Positions 1 through 9,776 of a stretch of 64,000 nucleotides of DNA are shown piece by piece. Position numbers and translations under genes: made by a program. Below the pieces are notes generated by a model. It did no database searches, was not told the DNA's origin, and worked only from the letters and a program-made list of their open reading frames with translations. Source of the stretch: Nitrospinales bacterium. Its GTDB lineage: Bacteria; Nitrospinota; Nitrospinia; Nitrospinales; VA-1. Where the stretch lies: positions 1,248,001-1,312,000 of the forward strand of contig CBDCXL010000002.1 in NCBI GenBank assembly GCA_965223795.1. The letters run 5' to 3'. Position 1 is the stretch's first letter, and the number at the start of each line of letters is the position of its first letter.

Positions 1-205
1 GAAGTTTTGTCGCCTCGTCTTCCTTCTCCATCGGCGGCGAGTACAATTCTCCGGGTTCCTGGCCGTGGCTGGAAGCCAGGGATTCGCCCTCGCTTTCGAT
101 CAGACCGGACTTGTTGATCCAAACGGACACGCCGATCATCAGAAGCAGGCAGGTCATGAGGATGATTCTGAAAGGCGTGAATTTGCGGAAGGGGTTGTTC
201 GCCAC
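1..205 (-). CDS. Partial membrane-anchored hypothetical protein (runs off the window start)
   Basis: GTG at 205 with GAGG upstream; translates MANNPFRKFTPFRIILMTCLLLMIGVSVWINKSG... with an N-terminal hydrophobic helix and no stop before position 1. Confidence 0.6.
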   Translation of the reverse strand, partial: MANNPFRKFTPFRIILMTCLLLMIGVSVWINKSGLIESEGESLASSHGQEPGELYSPPMEKEDEATKL

Positions 206-279
206 GGTGGTTCCCTCGTCGAGAATTCTCGATCTCAGTATACACCAAATCGGGCGCGGGGCTGGAACGGGATGCCGGT

Positions 280-1275
280 TTATTGTGTTTCCACGCGCAG
301 CCCGCGGCTCACGAATTTGAAATCGAGAACGTTTCCCCCCTGATTTTTAAGGGCGTCCTCCACGGCCGCCTTGCGGCCTTGTTTCACGATGAAAGCGACG
401 CAGCCGCCGCCCCCGGCGCCGCAGACCTTGCCGGCAAGAGCGCCGTTTTTCTCCGCGGCGCGGAACAGGCGGTCCATGTGAGGCGTGCGGATTCCGGGCG
501 CGAGGGCCTTTCGGGCCCGCCATTCCTCGGCGAACAGCGGAGCGATGCGGTCCCAGCTGGCGGCGCCGGAAAACGCCCGCCGCATTTTTTTGGCGATGGT
601 TTGAATCGCTTCCAGGTGCCCGCGGGTTTTGCCGTTGCCGTCGATGATTTTTTTCGTCACGTCCCAGTTGTTGATGCCGGAATTGCGCGGTTCGCCCGTA
701 TAGCACAGCACGAAACGGCGGTTCATTTCTTTGCGGTCGGTCTTCACACGCTCAAACTCCACGCCCGCCAGGCCGGGCTCCACGGCCAGGGTGCCGCCGT
801 GCGCGGCGGGGAAATAATCCTGCCAGCCTGCGGGGACGGCGATGACCTGGGTCTCGATGTCGCGGGCGAGATGAATCATGTGGTCTTTGGACGTGCGTTT
901 GTTCACGAACGCCTGAATCGCGCCGTGCAGGGCGATGCTCAATGCGGAGGAACCGCCGATTCCGGATCCTTTGGGCGCCTGGCACCGGGTCACGAGGTGG
1001 AGTCCCTTGCCGGGCCGGTAATGCCTGAGTGTGCGCACGATCAGATCGAGCGTGTGGTTTTGCGGCAGGGCGTCGATCGAGGCGAATTGTTTTTTCAGAT
1101 TGAGGTCTTTCGACTCGATGACGATTTTTTTATCCTTGCGGGCGGTGATCTCCACGGTGGCGTACAGGTTGATCGCCGTGTTCAGTGTGGGAGCCTGATA
1201 AAAAAGATAGAGGGGCCAGATGTCGAGGGTGCCCCCGGCCAGGTCGATGCGGGTGGGGGCGGAACTTCGTATCAT
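280..1275 (-). CDS. GHMP-family sugar kinase (HddA/heptose-7-phosphate kinase-like)
   Basis: APTRIDLAGG, PKGSGIGGSS and GKVCGAGGGG GHMP motifs; start moved to the ATG at 1275. Confidence 0.85.
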   Translation of the reverse strand: MIRSSAPTRIDLAGGTLDIWPLYLFYQAPTLNTAINLYATVEITARKDKKIVIESKDLNLKKQFASIDALPQNHTLDLIVRTLRHYRPGKGLHLVTRCQAPKGSGIGGSSALSIALHGAIQAFVNKRTSKDHMIHLARDIETQVIAVPAGWQDYFPAAHGGTLAVEPGLAGVEFERVKTDRKEMNRRFVLCYTGEPRNSGINNWDVTKKIIDGNGKTRGHLEAIQTIAKKMRRAFSGAASWDRIAPLFAEEWRARKALAPGIRTPHMDRLFRAAEKNGALAGKVCGAGGGGCVAFIVKQGRKAAVEDALKNQGGNVLDFKFVSRGLRVETQ

Positions 1276-1365
1276 AGGAATCAAAAGGGAGGAAAACCCT
1301 CCCGGAAGCGGCGGCAACGGCCGGTTCCGGGATTCAGGGTCGATTCGGGAATTTTCAGATACCGC

Positions 1366-2034
1366 TCAAAGCTTTTCGGAAACCTCTTCTCCGTTGTTGG
1401 TTTCGATTTCGCTGATCTTGGCGGTCAGCTTCTCCACCAGCTTCTGGTAGGAATGCTTGCGGATGATCTTGGAAAACTGCGACCGGTAGTTGCGGATCAT
1501 GCTGACGCCTTCGACGATGAAATCGTAGACCAGCCACTGCCCTTTATCCTGGATCAGCTTGTAATCGACGCCGATGGTGCTGTCCTTGCGCACGATTTCG
1601 GTTTTGACCAGGGCGTATTTCCCTTTCACGACTTCATCGATGTAATTGATCTTTTCGTTGCTGTAGGATTCGATCTTGCTGGCGTACGAGTTTTCCAGCA
1701 GTTTTTTGAACAGAGCGATGAACTCTTCGCGTTCCTGCGGGGTGCGGTCGTTCCAGGCCTTGGCCAGCGAACGCATCACCATCTGCTGGTAGTTGAACCG
1801 CTTCTCGATCGCACCGCGGATCTTGTCGCGCCGCGCAGCGTGCTTGTCTTTGAGCGTATCATCGCTGACGATCGAGATGACTTCGTCGATCGTGGACTTC
1901 AGATCCGCGGTGATCTCGGTTCCGGCGGCAAACGACTGTCCTGCGCATAACAGCAACCCCATCAACACACAAGTGATCACGCCGACACGCACCTGTTTTA
2001 AGATCATGCCAAGGTCTCCAAATTGTTTTTTCAT
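1366..2034 (-). CDS. mlaC: Phospholipid-binding periplasmic protein MlaC/Ttg2D
   Basis: Signal peptide; VYDFIVEGVSMIRNYRSQF motif; lies in an operon with mlaEFD. Confidence 0.9.
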   Translation of the reverse strand: MKKQFGDLGMILKQVRVGVITCVLMGLLLCAGQSFAAGTEITADLKSTIDEVISIVSDDTLKDKHAARRDKIRGAIEKRFNYQQMVMRSLAKAWNDRTPQEREEFIALFKKLLENSYASKIESYSNEKINYIDEVVKGKYALVKTEIVRKDSTIGVDYKLIQDKGQWLVYDFIVEGVSMIRNYRSQFSKIIRKHSYQKLVEKLTAKISEIETNNGEEVSEKL

Positions 2035-2038
2035 ATTT

Positions 2039-2479
2039 TTACACCTTACCAAAGATAAATTCACTTATCAAATTTTCCAAATCGATAACGGATTCGGTCT
2101 CCATCATGACGTCGCCGGGCTGGACGTTATCCGGGGAACCGCCTGGAGACACGTTGACCATTTTGGCGCCGATCAGACCGCGCGTTTTCACCGACACGAT
2201 GGAGTCGTCGGGCAGCTCGATTTCCTTACGCAATCTCAGCTCGACACGGGCCATGCCGTCGACGAGGGAAATCGTGCCGACGCTGCCGATGTTGACGCCG
2301 GCGATTTCGATGTCCGCATTCTCACGCAGTCCGGCGATGGAGCTGAAGTCCGCGTACACCGAGTAATGATTGCTCCCCAGGATCTCCTTCTTGCCGAGCT
2401 TGAAGGACAGGTAGCCCAGGCAGACGATGCCCACCACCGCAAATATGCCCACCGCTGTTTCAAGCGTGAATCGATTCAT
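2039..2479 (-). CDS. mlaD: MCE-domain protein MlaD
   Basis: N-terminal TM helix followed by GL...IEIAGVNIGSV and TRGLIG MCE motifs. Confidence 0.9.
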   Translation of the reverse strand: MNRFTLETAVGIFAVVGIVCLGYLSFKLGKKEILGSNHYSVYADFSSIAGLRENADIEIAGVNIGSVGTISLVDGMARVELRLRKEIELPDDSIVSVKTRGLIGAKMVNVSPGGSPDNVQPGDVMMETESVIDLENLISEFIFGKV

Positions 2480-2539
2480 GCGCCGCCCCCTCATTCACTG
2501 TCTGTTTACACCCGATGATTTAAAACTGCCGTCCGTCTC

Positions 2540-3286
2540 TCAGTTGACGCTGATGGGGCCTTCGATCTCCCCTTTCAAAAACTGCTGCACTCCCGGATCG
2601 CGGGACTGCTGAAACTCTTCCGCGGTGCCTTCCTCGACGATGACGCCGCCGTTCAGCATGACGACGAAATCGCTGATCTCGAACACATCGGGAATGTCGT
2701 GGCTGACGACCACCGCCGTGCATTTCACCCGCCGCTGCGTGTCGTAGATCAGCTGGTGGATGGCTTTTTTCATGATCGGATCGAGCCCGGTCGTCGGTTC
2801 GTCGAACAGCACGATCTCGGGCTGCATGATCAGCGCCCGCGCCAGCCCCACGCGCTTGCGCATGCCGCCGCTCAACTGCGAGGGGAACTTGTCGTTCATG
2901 CCGACGATGCCGACGTTTCTGAGTTCGTTTTCGACCCGCTCCCTGATTTCGGGACGCGACAACCGGGTTTTCTCTTGCAAAGGAAACGCGACGTTTTCGA
3001 ACACGGTCATCGAATCGAGCAGCGCCGCTCCCTGAAACAGCATGCCGAATTTGTTCCTCAGCTCGTTGAGCCCGCGGCTGTTCAGGCCGGTGATGTCCAC
3101 GTCGTCGATCCACAGCCCGCCCGAATCGGGTTTCAAAAGACCGATGATGTGCTTGAGCAGGACGGTCTTGCCGCAGCCGCTGCGCCCGACGATGGTGGTG
3201 ATCTTGTTGTCGGGGATGTCGAGCTTGACGCCGCGCAGCACTTCCTGCTGCATGAAATTTTTTTTCAGGTCCCTTATTTTAATCAT
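2540..3286 (-). CDS. mlaF: ABC transporter ATP-binding protein MlaF
   Basis: Walker A GRSGCGKT, LSGGMRKR signature, DEPTTGLDP. Confidence 0.9.
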   Translation of the reverse strand: MIKIRDLKKNFMQQEVLRGVKLDIPDNKITTIVGRSGCGKTVLLKHIIGLLKPDSGGLWIDDVDITGLNSRGLNELRNKFGMLFQGAALLDSMTVFENVAFPLQEKTRLSRPEIRERVENELRNVGIVGMNDKFPSQLSGGMRKRVGLARALIMQPEIVLFDEPTTGLDPIMKKAIHQLIYDTQRRVKCTAVVVSHDIPDVFEISDFVVMLNGGVIVEEGTAEEFQQSRDPGVQQFLKGEIEGPISVN

Positions 3287-3379
3287 GAATTCGCTTGAAA
3301 ATTCCCAGGTTGTGACGCCGCTCACAACTTTTTCCGTGCTTATCAAGTCCTGGCAACAGCCGTTTCCTTACGCCCGGGC

Positions 3380-4162
3380 TCAAACCAGGACCGTGGTGAT
3401 GAAATAATTCCAGATCAGCACGCTGACCGACGACACCACGACCGCCGTGGTGGTGGCGTGGCCGACGCCTTCGGCGCCCTGGCCGCTGTACACGTTGGTG
3501 TAGAACCCCTCGAAACAGCACACCCAGCTGATGACGAGAGCGAACGTCACGGATTTCACGATGCCGGCGTACACGTCGTCCCAGCCGACGCTCGATTCCA
3601 TGCTGCCGGTGAAATCGCCGGCGCTCACGCCCAGCATCTTCACGCCGGTGATGTAGCCGCCGGTGATCCCGACCACGTCGAAGATCGCCGTCAACAGCGG
3701 CACGCAGAACAGCGCCGCCAGCACTTTCGGGACCACCACGTATTTCATCGGATTGAGCGCCATGGTGTCGAGGGCGTCGAGCTGCTCGGAGATGCGCATG
3801 ATGCCGATCTCCGCGGCGATGGCGGAGCCGGCCCGGCCGGTCACCATGAGCGCGGAGAGCACCGGGCCAAGCTGCTGCACCAGGGTCCAGGCCACCATGG
3901 CCCCGAGCTGGCTTTCGGAACCGTAGTCGCTCAGGATGCTGAACCCGGCCACTCCCAGCACCATGCCGGTGAAGGACGCGGTCAGGATGATGATCATGAG
4001 CGAGCGCACGCCGATGAAATGGATCTGCTTGATCAGCTCGCGAAACAGCACCGGCGGCCGGAACGCCCAAAGGAGGGTGCTGCCCAGAAACAGGAACTGG
4101 CAGCCCAGCCGTTCCAGAAAATAGACTCCCCAGGCCCCCCAGCGCTGAATGAGATGCGTCAT
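3380..4162 (-). CDS. mlaE: ABC transporter permease MlaE
   Basis: LGPVLSALMVTGRAGSAIAAEIGIMRISEQLDAL and GAEGVGHATT motifs. Confidence 0.92.
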   Translation of the reverse strand: MTHLIQRWGAWGVYFLERLGCQFLFLGSTLLWAFRPPVLFRELIKQIHFIGVRSLMIIILTASFTGMVLGVAGFSILSDYGSESQLGAMVAWTLVQQLGPVLSALMVTGRAGSAIAAEIGIMRISEQLDALDTMALNPMKYVVVPKVLAALFCVPLLTAIFDVVGITGGYITGVKMLGVSAGDFTGSMESSVGWDDVYAGIVKSVTFALVISWVCCFEGFYTNVYSGQGAEGVGHATTTAVVVSSVSVLIWNYFITTVLV

Positions 4163-4166
4163 CGCA

Positions 4167-4306
4167 CGCGGCCCGCATCCATACCCCCGGCAGACACTAA
4201 GCTGGGTGCGGCTTCTCTGAGGCAGGCTCGGAGGGGTGAGGTCATCAACTGGAATTCAACTCTAATTGGCGAACCTTGCCTCCCGGCATGGGTGTGCGGG
4301 TTCGCG
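4167..4306 (-). ncRNA. Candidate structured 5' leader / cis-regulatory RNA of the mla operon
   Basis: Nested stems 4172-4185/4285-4300 and 4219-4230/4270-4282; their mismatches become G-U pairs only on the minus strand; no family recognised. Confidence 0.3.
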
Positions 4307-4567
4307 AGGCGGAACGGGCTCTGGTTTCAGAATGCGATCGCTGAAGAAAGTTCGAAATTCCCTGGAAAATGGGAATTTACCGTGACCCGAAAGGGTTTCT
4401 CACGCCCGATCGGGGTTCCCGGAAGTTATCACGAAAGGACAGGAGAGTCAACACGATTCCCCAAACGGAACTTCCGCAAACCATTCAGTTTAAAGGGATA
4501 ACACAACCCGGCCGGAATTGCCCGAAAACGTCCCGGCGGTTAAATTTAAACAAATTTTGCGATATTG

Positions 4568-4596
4568 TTGACAACTCCTCCATTGTTTAATATATT
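4568..4596 (+). promoter_or_regulatory. Sigma70-type promoter
   Basis: TTGACA-17bp-TATATT upstream of the CDS at 4668. Confidence 0.6.
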
Positions 4597-4667
4597 GAAA
4601 TTTCTCAACTAATAAATTTGAGCTTTCAATTTCAACGTTTTTTTCGCTGTTCGAACGGGCCGCTTTC

Positions 4668-5609
4668 ATGATGCGTGGAACGCACTATTTGCGCTGGGCC
4701 GCCCTGGGCTTTTTGGCGTTTTTTATCGTATCGGGATGCGGATCCGCCAAAGTCCGGGTGAGCCAAAAATCGGACCAACCCACCACCTTTCCCAAAAAAG
4801 TGGCGGTGCTGCCCTTCACGGTGGAGCCCAACATCCAGGAAGAAGAATTCCCCCACATTATTTTCCGCGAAGTGTTTTTCAATAATTTCAGCTACCTCGG
4901 CTTCACCGATATGCCGCTGGACGAAGTGGATCAAAGGCTGTACAACGCGGGCGTTCCTCCGGAAAACGCGGCCAAGCTCAGGCCCCGGGAGCTCAGACGG
5001 ATCTTCGGCGTGGACGCGGTGATCCGGGGCCATGTGCTGGAGGCCAACAATTTCACCGGCGGCATCCACGCGGAAACGCTCATCGGCGCGCGTCTCGAAA
5101 TGCTCGATCTGACCACCGGGGAATCCCTCTGGGAAGTGGAGCACACGGAAGTCAGCTATTCGGGCATCGCCACACCCACGATCGTCGACATCATTCAAGA
5201 GCAGATGGAGAACGTCAAGGTGCAGCAGGCGTATTACAAAACGGCGGAGATGTTCTGCCAGAAAATCCTGAAGCAGATTCCCGATCCGGCGCACACGCGT
5301 CTGGATGAAGTCCAGCCGCCGCTGATCAAAAGCATCGAAACCAACATCCGCCCCAACAAGGAACTGAAGGCGAACGACCTGATCCGCGTGATCCTCCGGG
5401 GCCAGCCGGGCCTGACCGCGAGCTTCGACATCGGCAGCTGGCGGACGAGCATTCCCATGGAGGAGGTCGCCGTCGGCGTGTATTCGGGCAGCTACCGCAT
5501 CAAGAAGGGGGACCAGGTGGCGAGTGCGTTCATCATCGGCACGCTTAAAAACAAACGCGGGCTGGCGAGCAAAAAATACTACAAGGCCGTGATGGCCACC
5601 ATCCATTGA
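4668..5609 (+). CDS. Lipoprotein, GNA1162/DUF799-like N-terminal domain plus C-terminal beta domain
   Basis: Lipobox VSGC; VAVLPF...GVDAVIRG...LDLTTGESLW pattern. Confidence 0.7.
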   Translation: MMRGTHYLRWAALGFLAFFIVSGCGSAKVRVSQKSDQPTTFPKKVAVLPFTVEPNIQEEEFPHIIFREVFFNNFSYLGFTDMPLDEVDQRLYNAGVPPENAAKLRPRELRRIFGVDAVIRGHVLEANNFTGGIHAETLIGARLEMLDLTTGESLWEVEHTEVSYSGIATPTIVDIIQEQMENVKVQQAYYKTAEMFCQKILKQIPDPAHTRLDEVQPPLIKSIETNIRPNKELKANDLIRVILRGQPGLTASFDIGSWRTSIPMEEVAVGVYSGSYRIKKGDQVASAFIIGTLKNKRGLASKKYYKAVMATIH

Positions 5610-5618
5610 CGAGGATCG

Positions 5619-6887
5619 ATGACTTTTTCTGATTTTTGGCGCAGACAACACGGCACTTTCCCATTCGGCAGCATCGCGAAACGCGCGGTGTGGATCGCGA
5701 TCGTTTCCTTCGGCCTGTTCGCCTGCTCCAGCGACCTGCAAACCAAAGTCTCCGGAAATCTCAACGCGCTTTCCGGCGAGCAGATCGTCGCCATCCTGCC
5801 GGTGGAGGTGGCGGACCACTCACCCCGGGACGCGGCCAACCTGTTTAGGCAGGTGCTGCACTCCAAACTCAAGCAAACGCATTTTGAAATACTGGAACCC
5901 TACGTGGTGGACGGCCTGCTCCGAAAAAACGGCCTCACGGAACCGGCGAAATACCCCACGGTCAATCCGATGCATCTGGGCGAAGTGCTGGGCGCGGACG
6001 TGGTCCTCATCAGCCGTTTGAACAAGGTCGAGCGGTCGTATTTTCTGGTGCACTCGTCCATCAAGCTCAGCATTTCGGTGCAGATGGTGGACACGCGCTC
6101 GGGTGAGATCCTGTGGCGGGCGGAGCAGACCGAAACCGATTACCAGGGGTTCTGGAAGATCCCCACGGGTGTCGCTTCGGCTGTGGTGGGACCGTTCTAT
6201 TTCGTGACCAACAAGCTGAGTTTGAACCGCATCACCACGAAGATGGTGGACAAGCTGACGGATGTGGTGAAGCACCCCGGACGCGCGGGCAAGGACAAGA
6301 CCTTCGCCAAACCGCTGATCGCCTCGGCGGCGGCGCGGGACATTCAGCGCGTCGAAAAAGCCCAGCAGGTGCGGGCGAAGTGGGCCGGCCAGCTTTTCGA
6401 AGACGCGGAATCGATCTGGTCGCGCGATTCCCTGGCGGCCATCCACGGAGCGCCCAAGCCCAAGGTTCAGCCCGTCACCCTGACGGCGAGCTACCAGCCG
6501 GAGCCGCAGTACCCCGTGCCGGGACTGTCGCAGACGCTGGAGATTCCGATCGACATCACGCCGAACCCGACCGAACCGGCGGACGCCGTTAAGAAATTGC
6601 CGGAGACCGCAGCGCGGGCGAAGCCGAAGCGCGAAAAAACACCGCGGGTGTACACGGTCCAGGTGGGCGCCTACCGCACGCGGGCGCTCGCGGAGAAGCT
6701 GGTTGCGCGGCTGGTCGGCAAGGGGTATCAGGCTTTCATGACCGAGCCGACGCCAAAGAAAAAAACCATCCTGTACCGGGTGCGCGTCGATCTGTTCCCG
6801 AACAAAAAAGGCGCGGCACAGCTCGCGAAAAAACTGCGCTCCAGGGAGCATCTGAAAAATTTCGTCACCACCCTCAGCGCGCTTTGA
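5619..6887 (+). CDS. Lipoprotein, GNA1162/DUF799-like domain plus C-terminal SPOR domain
   Basis: Lipobox LFAC; VAILP...GADVVL...MVDTRSGEILW; C-terminal YTVQVGAY...A..L...L...GY...YRVRV SPOR pattern. Confidence 0.75.
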   Translation: MTFSDFWRRQHGTFPFGSIAKRAVWIAIVSFGLFACSSDLQTKVSGNLNALSGEQIVAILPVEVADHSPRDAANLFRQVLHSKLKQTHFEILEPYVVDGLLRKNGLTEPAKYPTVNPMHLGEVLGADVVLISRLNKVERSYFLVHSSIKLSISVQMVDTRSGEILWRAEQTETDYQGFWKIPTGVASAVVGPFYFVTNKLSLNRITTKMVDKLTDVVKHPGRAGKDKTFAKPLIASAAARDIQRVEKAQQVRAKWAGQLFEDAESIWSRDSLAAIHGAPKPKVQPVTLTASYQPEPQYPVPGLSQTLEIPIDITPNPTEPADAVKKLPETAARAKPKREKTPRVYTVQVGAYRTRALAEKLVARLVGKGYQAFMTEPTPKKKTILYRVRVDLFPNKKGAAQLAKKLRSREHLKNFVTTLSAL

Positions 6888-6917
6888 AATTTCCCCTGCG
6901 CGTCTCTGCCTCCCGAT

Positions 6918-8072
6918 TCAACCGCCGCTGAGCCAGCGGTCCACGATCCCGAAAAAACGCCCGACCTCTTCCTCGCTGTTGTAAAAATGCGGCGACAGGC
7001 GCACGTTGCCGTCGCGCACGGTGAACACCACATGGTTCGCCTGCATGTGGCCGGAGAAAGCGCGCAGACGTTCGGGTTTAAGCGTGAAGACGACGCTGCC
7101 CGAGCGTTCTTTCTCCACTGTTGAACTGAGCACTTCGATGCCGCGCTCGGCGAGCCCTGCGAGAAGGGCGTCGCCCAGCTTGAGGATGCGCCTGGCGACG
7201 GCGTCCATGCCCGCTTCGTGAAACAGCGACAGCGCCGCGCCGAGGGCGTGGATGCTGAGCGTGTTGAAGCTGCCTTCCTCGAATTTTTTCGCGTCGGGAC
7301 GCAGGGTGAAATCGATGCTGGAAAAATCGTGCGCGTTCACGACGCTGTCCCAGCCGACGTTGACGGGATGGATTCGATCCATCACCTCTGCAGAAACGTA
7401 AAGCCCGCCCAGCCCTTCGACGCTGAGCAGCCATTTGTGGCCGTCCGCGGCGAGACAGTCGATGTTGTCTTTTTTCACGTCCATGGGAAACACGCCCAGG
7501 CTCTGGATGGCGTCGACGCAGAACAGGATGCCCCTCTCTTTACAGAACGCGCCGAGGCGGCCGAGGTCGTTGCGGAAGCCGCTGGCGTATTCGACGGAGC
7601 TGATCGTCAGCACCCGCGTGCGTTCGTCCACGGCCGCTTCGATGTCGTCAAACAGCACGCGCCCCTCGCGAGCCGGAACGAAGCGGGTGTCGACGCCGCG
7701 GCGCTTGAGGTTGAGCCAGGGGTAGACATTGGCGGGAAATTCGATGTCGGGCACGACGACGTTGTCGCCCTCTTTCCAGTCCAGCCCGTTGGCCACGAAG
7801 GACAGCCCTTCGGAGGTGTTCTTGACGAACGCCACCTCCTTCGCATCGGCGTGGATCAGGCGGGCGAAGCTTTCACGCACGGATTCGACGTGCCGCATCC
7901 AGTGTTCGTAGCTGGCGGTGCCGTTTTCGGACGCGTCGGCCGCGAACGCCTCGACGGCCTGGCGCACGCGCAGGGGCAGCGGGGCGACGCGGGCGTGGTC
8001 GAAAAAGATGCGGTTCTGCGTGACGGGGAACTCGCGGCGGATGCGTTCGGGCTGAAGGAGCGGGAGGTTCAT
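6918..8072 (-). CDS. Class V PLP-dependent aminotransferase/lyase
   Basis: FVKNTSEG, VDAIQSLG, ADGHKW (PLP lysine) and VRLSPHFYN; the cysteine-desulfurase catalytic Cys motif is not visible. Confidence 0.85.
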   Translation of the reverse strand: MNLPLLQPERIRREFPVTQNRIFFDHARVAPLPLRVRQAVEAFAADASENGTASYEHWMRHVESVRESFARLIHADAKEVAFVKNTSEGLSFVANGLDWKEGDNVVVPDIEFPANVYPWLNLKRRGVDTRFVPAREGRVLFDDIEAAVDERTRVLTISSVEYASGFRNDLGRLGAFCKERGILFCVDAIQSLGVFPMDVKKDNIDCLAADGHKWLLSVEGLGGLYVSAEVMDRIHPVNVGWDSVVNAHDFSSIDFTLRPDAKKFEEGSFNTLSIHALGAALSLFHEAGMDAVARRILKLGDALLAGLAERGIEVLSSTVEKERSGSVVFTLKPERLRAFSGHMQANHVVFTVRDGNVRLSPHFYNSEEEVGRFFGIVDRWLSGG

Positions 8073-8091
8073 CGTTTCAAATCAACTTGCC

Positions 8092-9273
8092 TCAACCGCT
8101 CAATGCGCTTTTGCCGCGCTGGATGGAGCGAAATCCGTATTTGCCGCGAATGCGGTCGATGCTCCGGCACAGGCGCTGCTGGCGTTCCGGGTCCGCGAAC
8201 AGGTCGCTCTGGATGCAGCCCTCGCGGTTCAGTCCGGAAAGCGACACGCCGATGAGGCGCACGCGCGTGCTTGGGGTGATCGTCCTGCGGAACAGCCTGA
8301 GCACCGCCTGCAAGATCACCGGATCTTCGGAGGCCGGCTGATTCAGGGTGCACGAGCGGGTGCGGGTGGTGAAATCCGGAGTGCGCAGCTTGAGCGTGAC
8401 CGAACGGGCGAACAGGCCGGAGGCGCGCAGTTGCGCCGCCGCTTCCTCCACGAGGCGGCTGAGCGTCGCTTCGAGAAACAGCGGGTCTTTCACATCTTTC
8501 GCAAAGGTGGTTTCGCGGCCGATCGAGCGGCTGTCCTCTTCATGGGCGAGCACCGGATCGACGCAGACGCCGCGCGCGCGAAAGTGCAACACCGTTCCCC
8601 ACTTGCCGTGCGCCATCTCGAGGGTTTTTCGGGGCAGGGCGGCGAGCTGACCGACGGTGCGGATGCCCCTGCGTGTGAGCTTTTCGCCGCCTTTGCGCCC
8701 GACACCGGGCAGCCGGTGGATGGGCAGCGCACAGAGAAATTTCCGCTCCTTGCCGGGCGCGATCCACAGCAGGCCATTGGGCTTGGCGAAATCGGAGGCG
8801 ACCTTGGCGAGCAGCTTGTTGACGGCGATGCCGATGGAAGCGGTGATGCCGACGCGCGCGCGGATTTCCCTGCGGATCGACTCGGCGGCTTTGAGTACGG
8901 GGCCGTGCAGCCGTTCGCAGCCGGAGAGGTCCATGTAGGCTTCGTCGAGCGACACCGGTTCCACCAGCGGCGAATAGGTTCTCAGGATGTTAAAGATGCG
9001 CCGGGAAAATTCGCCGTACACGCCCTGGGAGACGCGCAGAAAGATCGCGTGCGGGCAGCGCCGTTTCGCTTCCACCATCGGCATGGCGGAGTGGACGCCG
9101 TAGCGGCGCGCGGCGTAGGAAGCGGTGGAGACGACGCCGCGTCCGTCGGGATCGCCGCCCACGATCACCGGCTTGCCCTTGAGCGAGGGATCCCGCACTT
9201 CCTCCACAGCCACGAAAAACGCGTCCATGTCGACGTGCAGGATCGTCCTCTCTGGGGTTTGATTCCGACTCAT
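8092..9273 (-). CDS. dinB: DNA polymerase IV
   Basis: HVDMDAFF, SYAARRYGV, SLDEAY and NKLLAKVASD..KP Y-family motifs. Confidence 0.95.
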   Translation of the reverse strand: MSRNQTPERTILHVDMDAFFVAVEEVRDPSLKGKPVIVGGDPDGRGVVSTASYAARRYGVHSAMPMVEAKRRCPHAIFLRVSQGVYGEFSRRIFNILRTYSPLVEPVSLDEAYMDLSGCERLHGPVLKAAESIRREIRARVGITASIGIAVNKLLAKVASDFAKPNGLLWIAPGKERKFLCALPIHRLPGVGRKGGEKLTRRGIRTVGQLAALPRKTLEMAHGKWGTVLHFRARGVCVDPVLAHEEDSRSIGRETTFAKDVKDPLFLEATLSRLVEEAAAQLRASGLFARSVTLKLRTPDFTTRTRSCTLNQPASEDPVILQAVLRLFRRTITPSTRVRLIGVSLSGLNREGCIQSDLFADPERQQRLCRSIDRIRGKYGFRSIQRGKSALSG

Positions 9274-9283
9274 GATACCGGCG

Positions 9284-9733
9284 TCAACTCGACTCGATCG
9301 TCACTTGAGTGGTGACGGAATTGGCGATGAAACACGCCTGATGCGCGCGGGCGTGGATTTTTTCGATCTCTTCCGGCGCCGGCGTTGTGTCGCCGCCCCA
9401 CTGCACCCTGGGCTTGAGCACGGCGCGGGTGACCGCAAATTTTCCGTCGGCGTTCTTTTCCAGATACCCCACGGCGGCGTCTTCGTAGCGTTCGATCTTG
9501 AGGCGCTTCTTGGCGGCGACGGCCAGGAAGGTCAGCATGTGGCAGCTCGACAGCGCGCCGACCAGCGCTTCCTCCGGGTCGACGCAATCGGGATTGCCCT
9601 GAAAACCGGGAGCGGCGGAGGCGTTGATCTCGACGCCGCCCTCGAACTCCCACACGTGATCGCGGTTGTAACCTTCGTGACTGAATTCCTCGCTGCCGCG
9701 GGCCCAGCGGACTTTGACTCGATGCTCGGACAT
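9284..9733 (-). CDS. OsmC/Ohr-family protein
   Basis: DPEEALVGALSSCHMLTF and AHQACFIANSV with two conserved Cys. Confidence 0.9.
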   Translation of the reverse strand: MSEHRVKVRWARGSEEFSHEGYNRDHVWEFEGGVEINASAAPGFQGNPDCVDPEEALVGALSSCHMLTFLAVAAKKRLKIERYEDAAVGYLEKNADGKFAVTRAVLKPRVQWGGDTTPAPEEIEKIHARAHQACFIANSVTTQVTIESS

Positions 9734-9776
9734 GCGTTTCCCCTTTCTCTTGGAATGTTGGCCCCGGCGGATCGGT

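Noticed and set aside
4167..4306. 6S RNA, SRP RNA or tRNA
   Set aside because: No symmetric central bubble, no SRP GGAA/GCAG loop motif, and no cloverleaf or T-loop
6918..8072. Cysteine desulfurase (sufS/iscS) call
   Set aside because: The catalytic Cys loop (RxGHHC or SSGSAC) is not present
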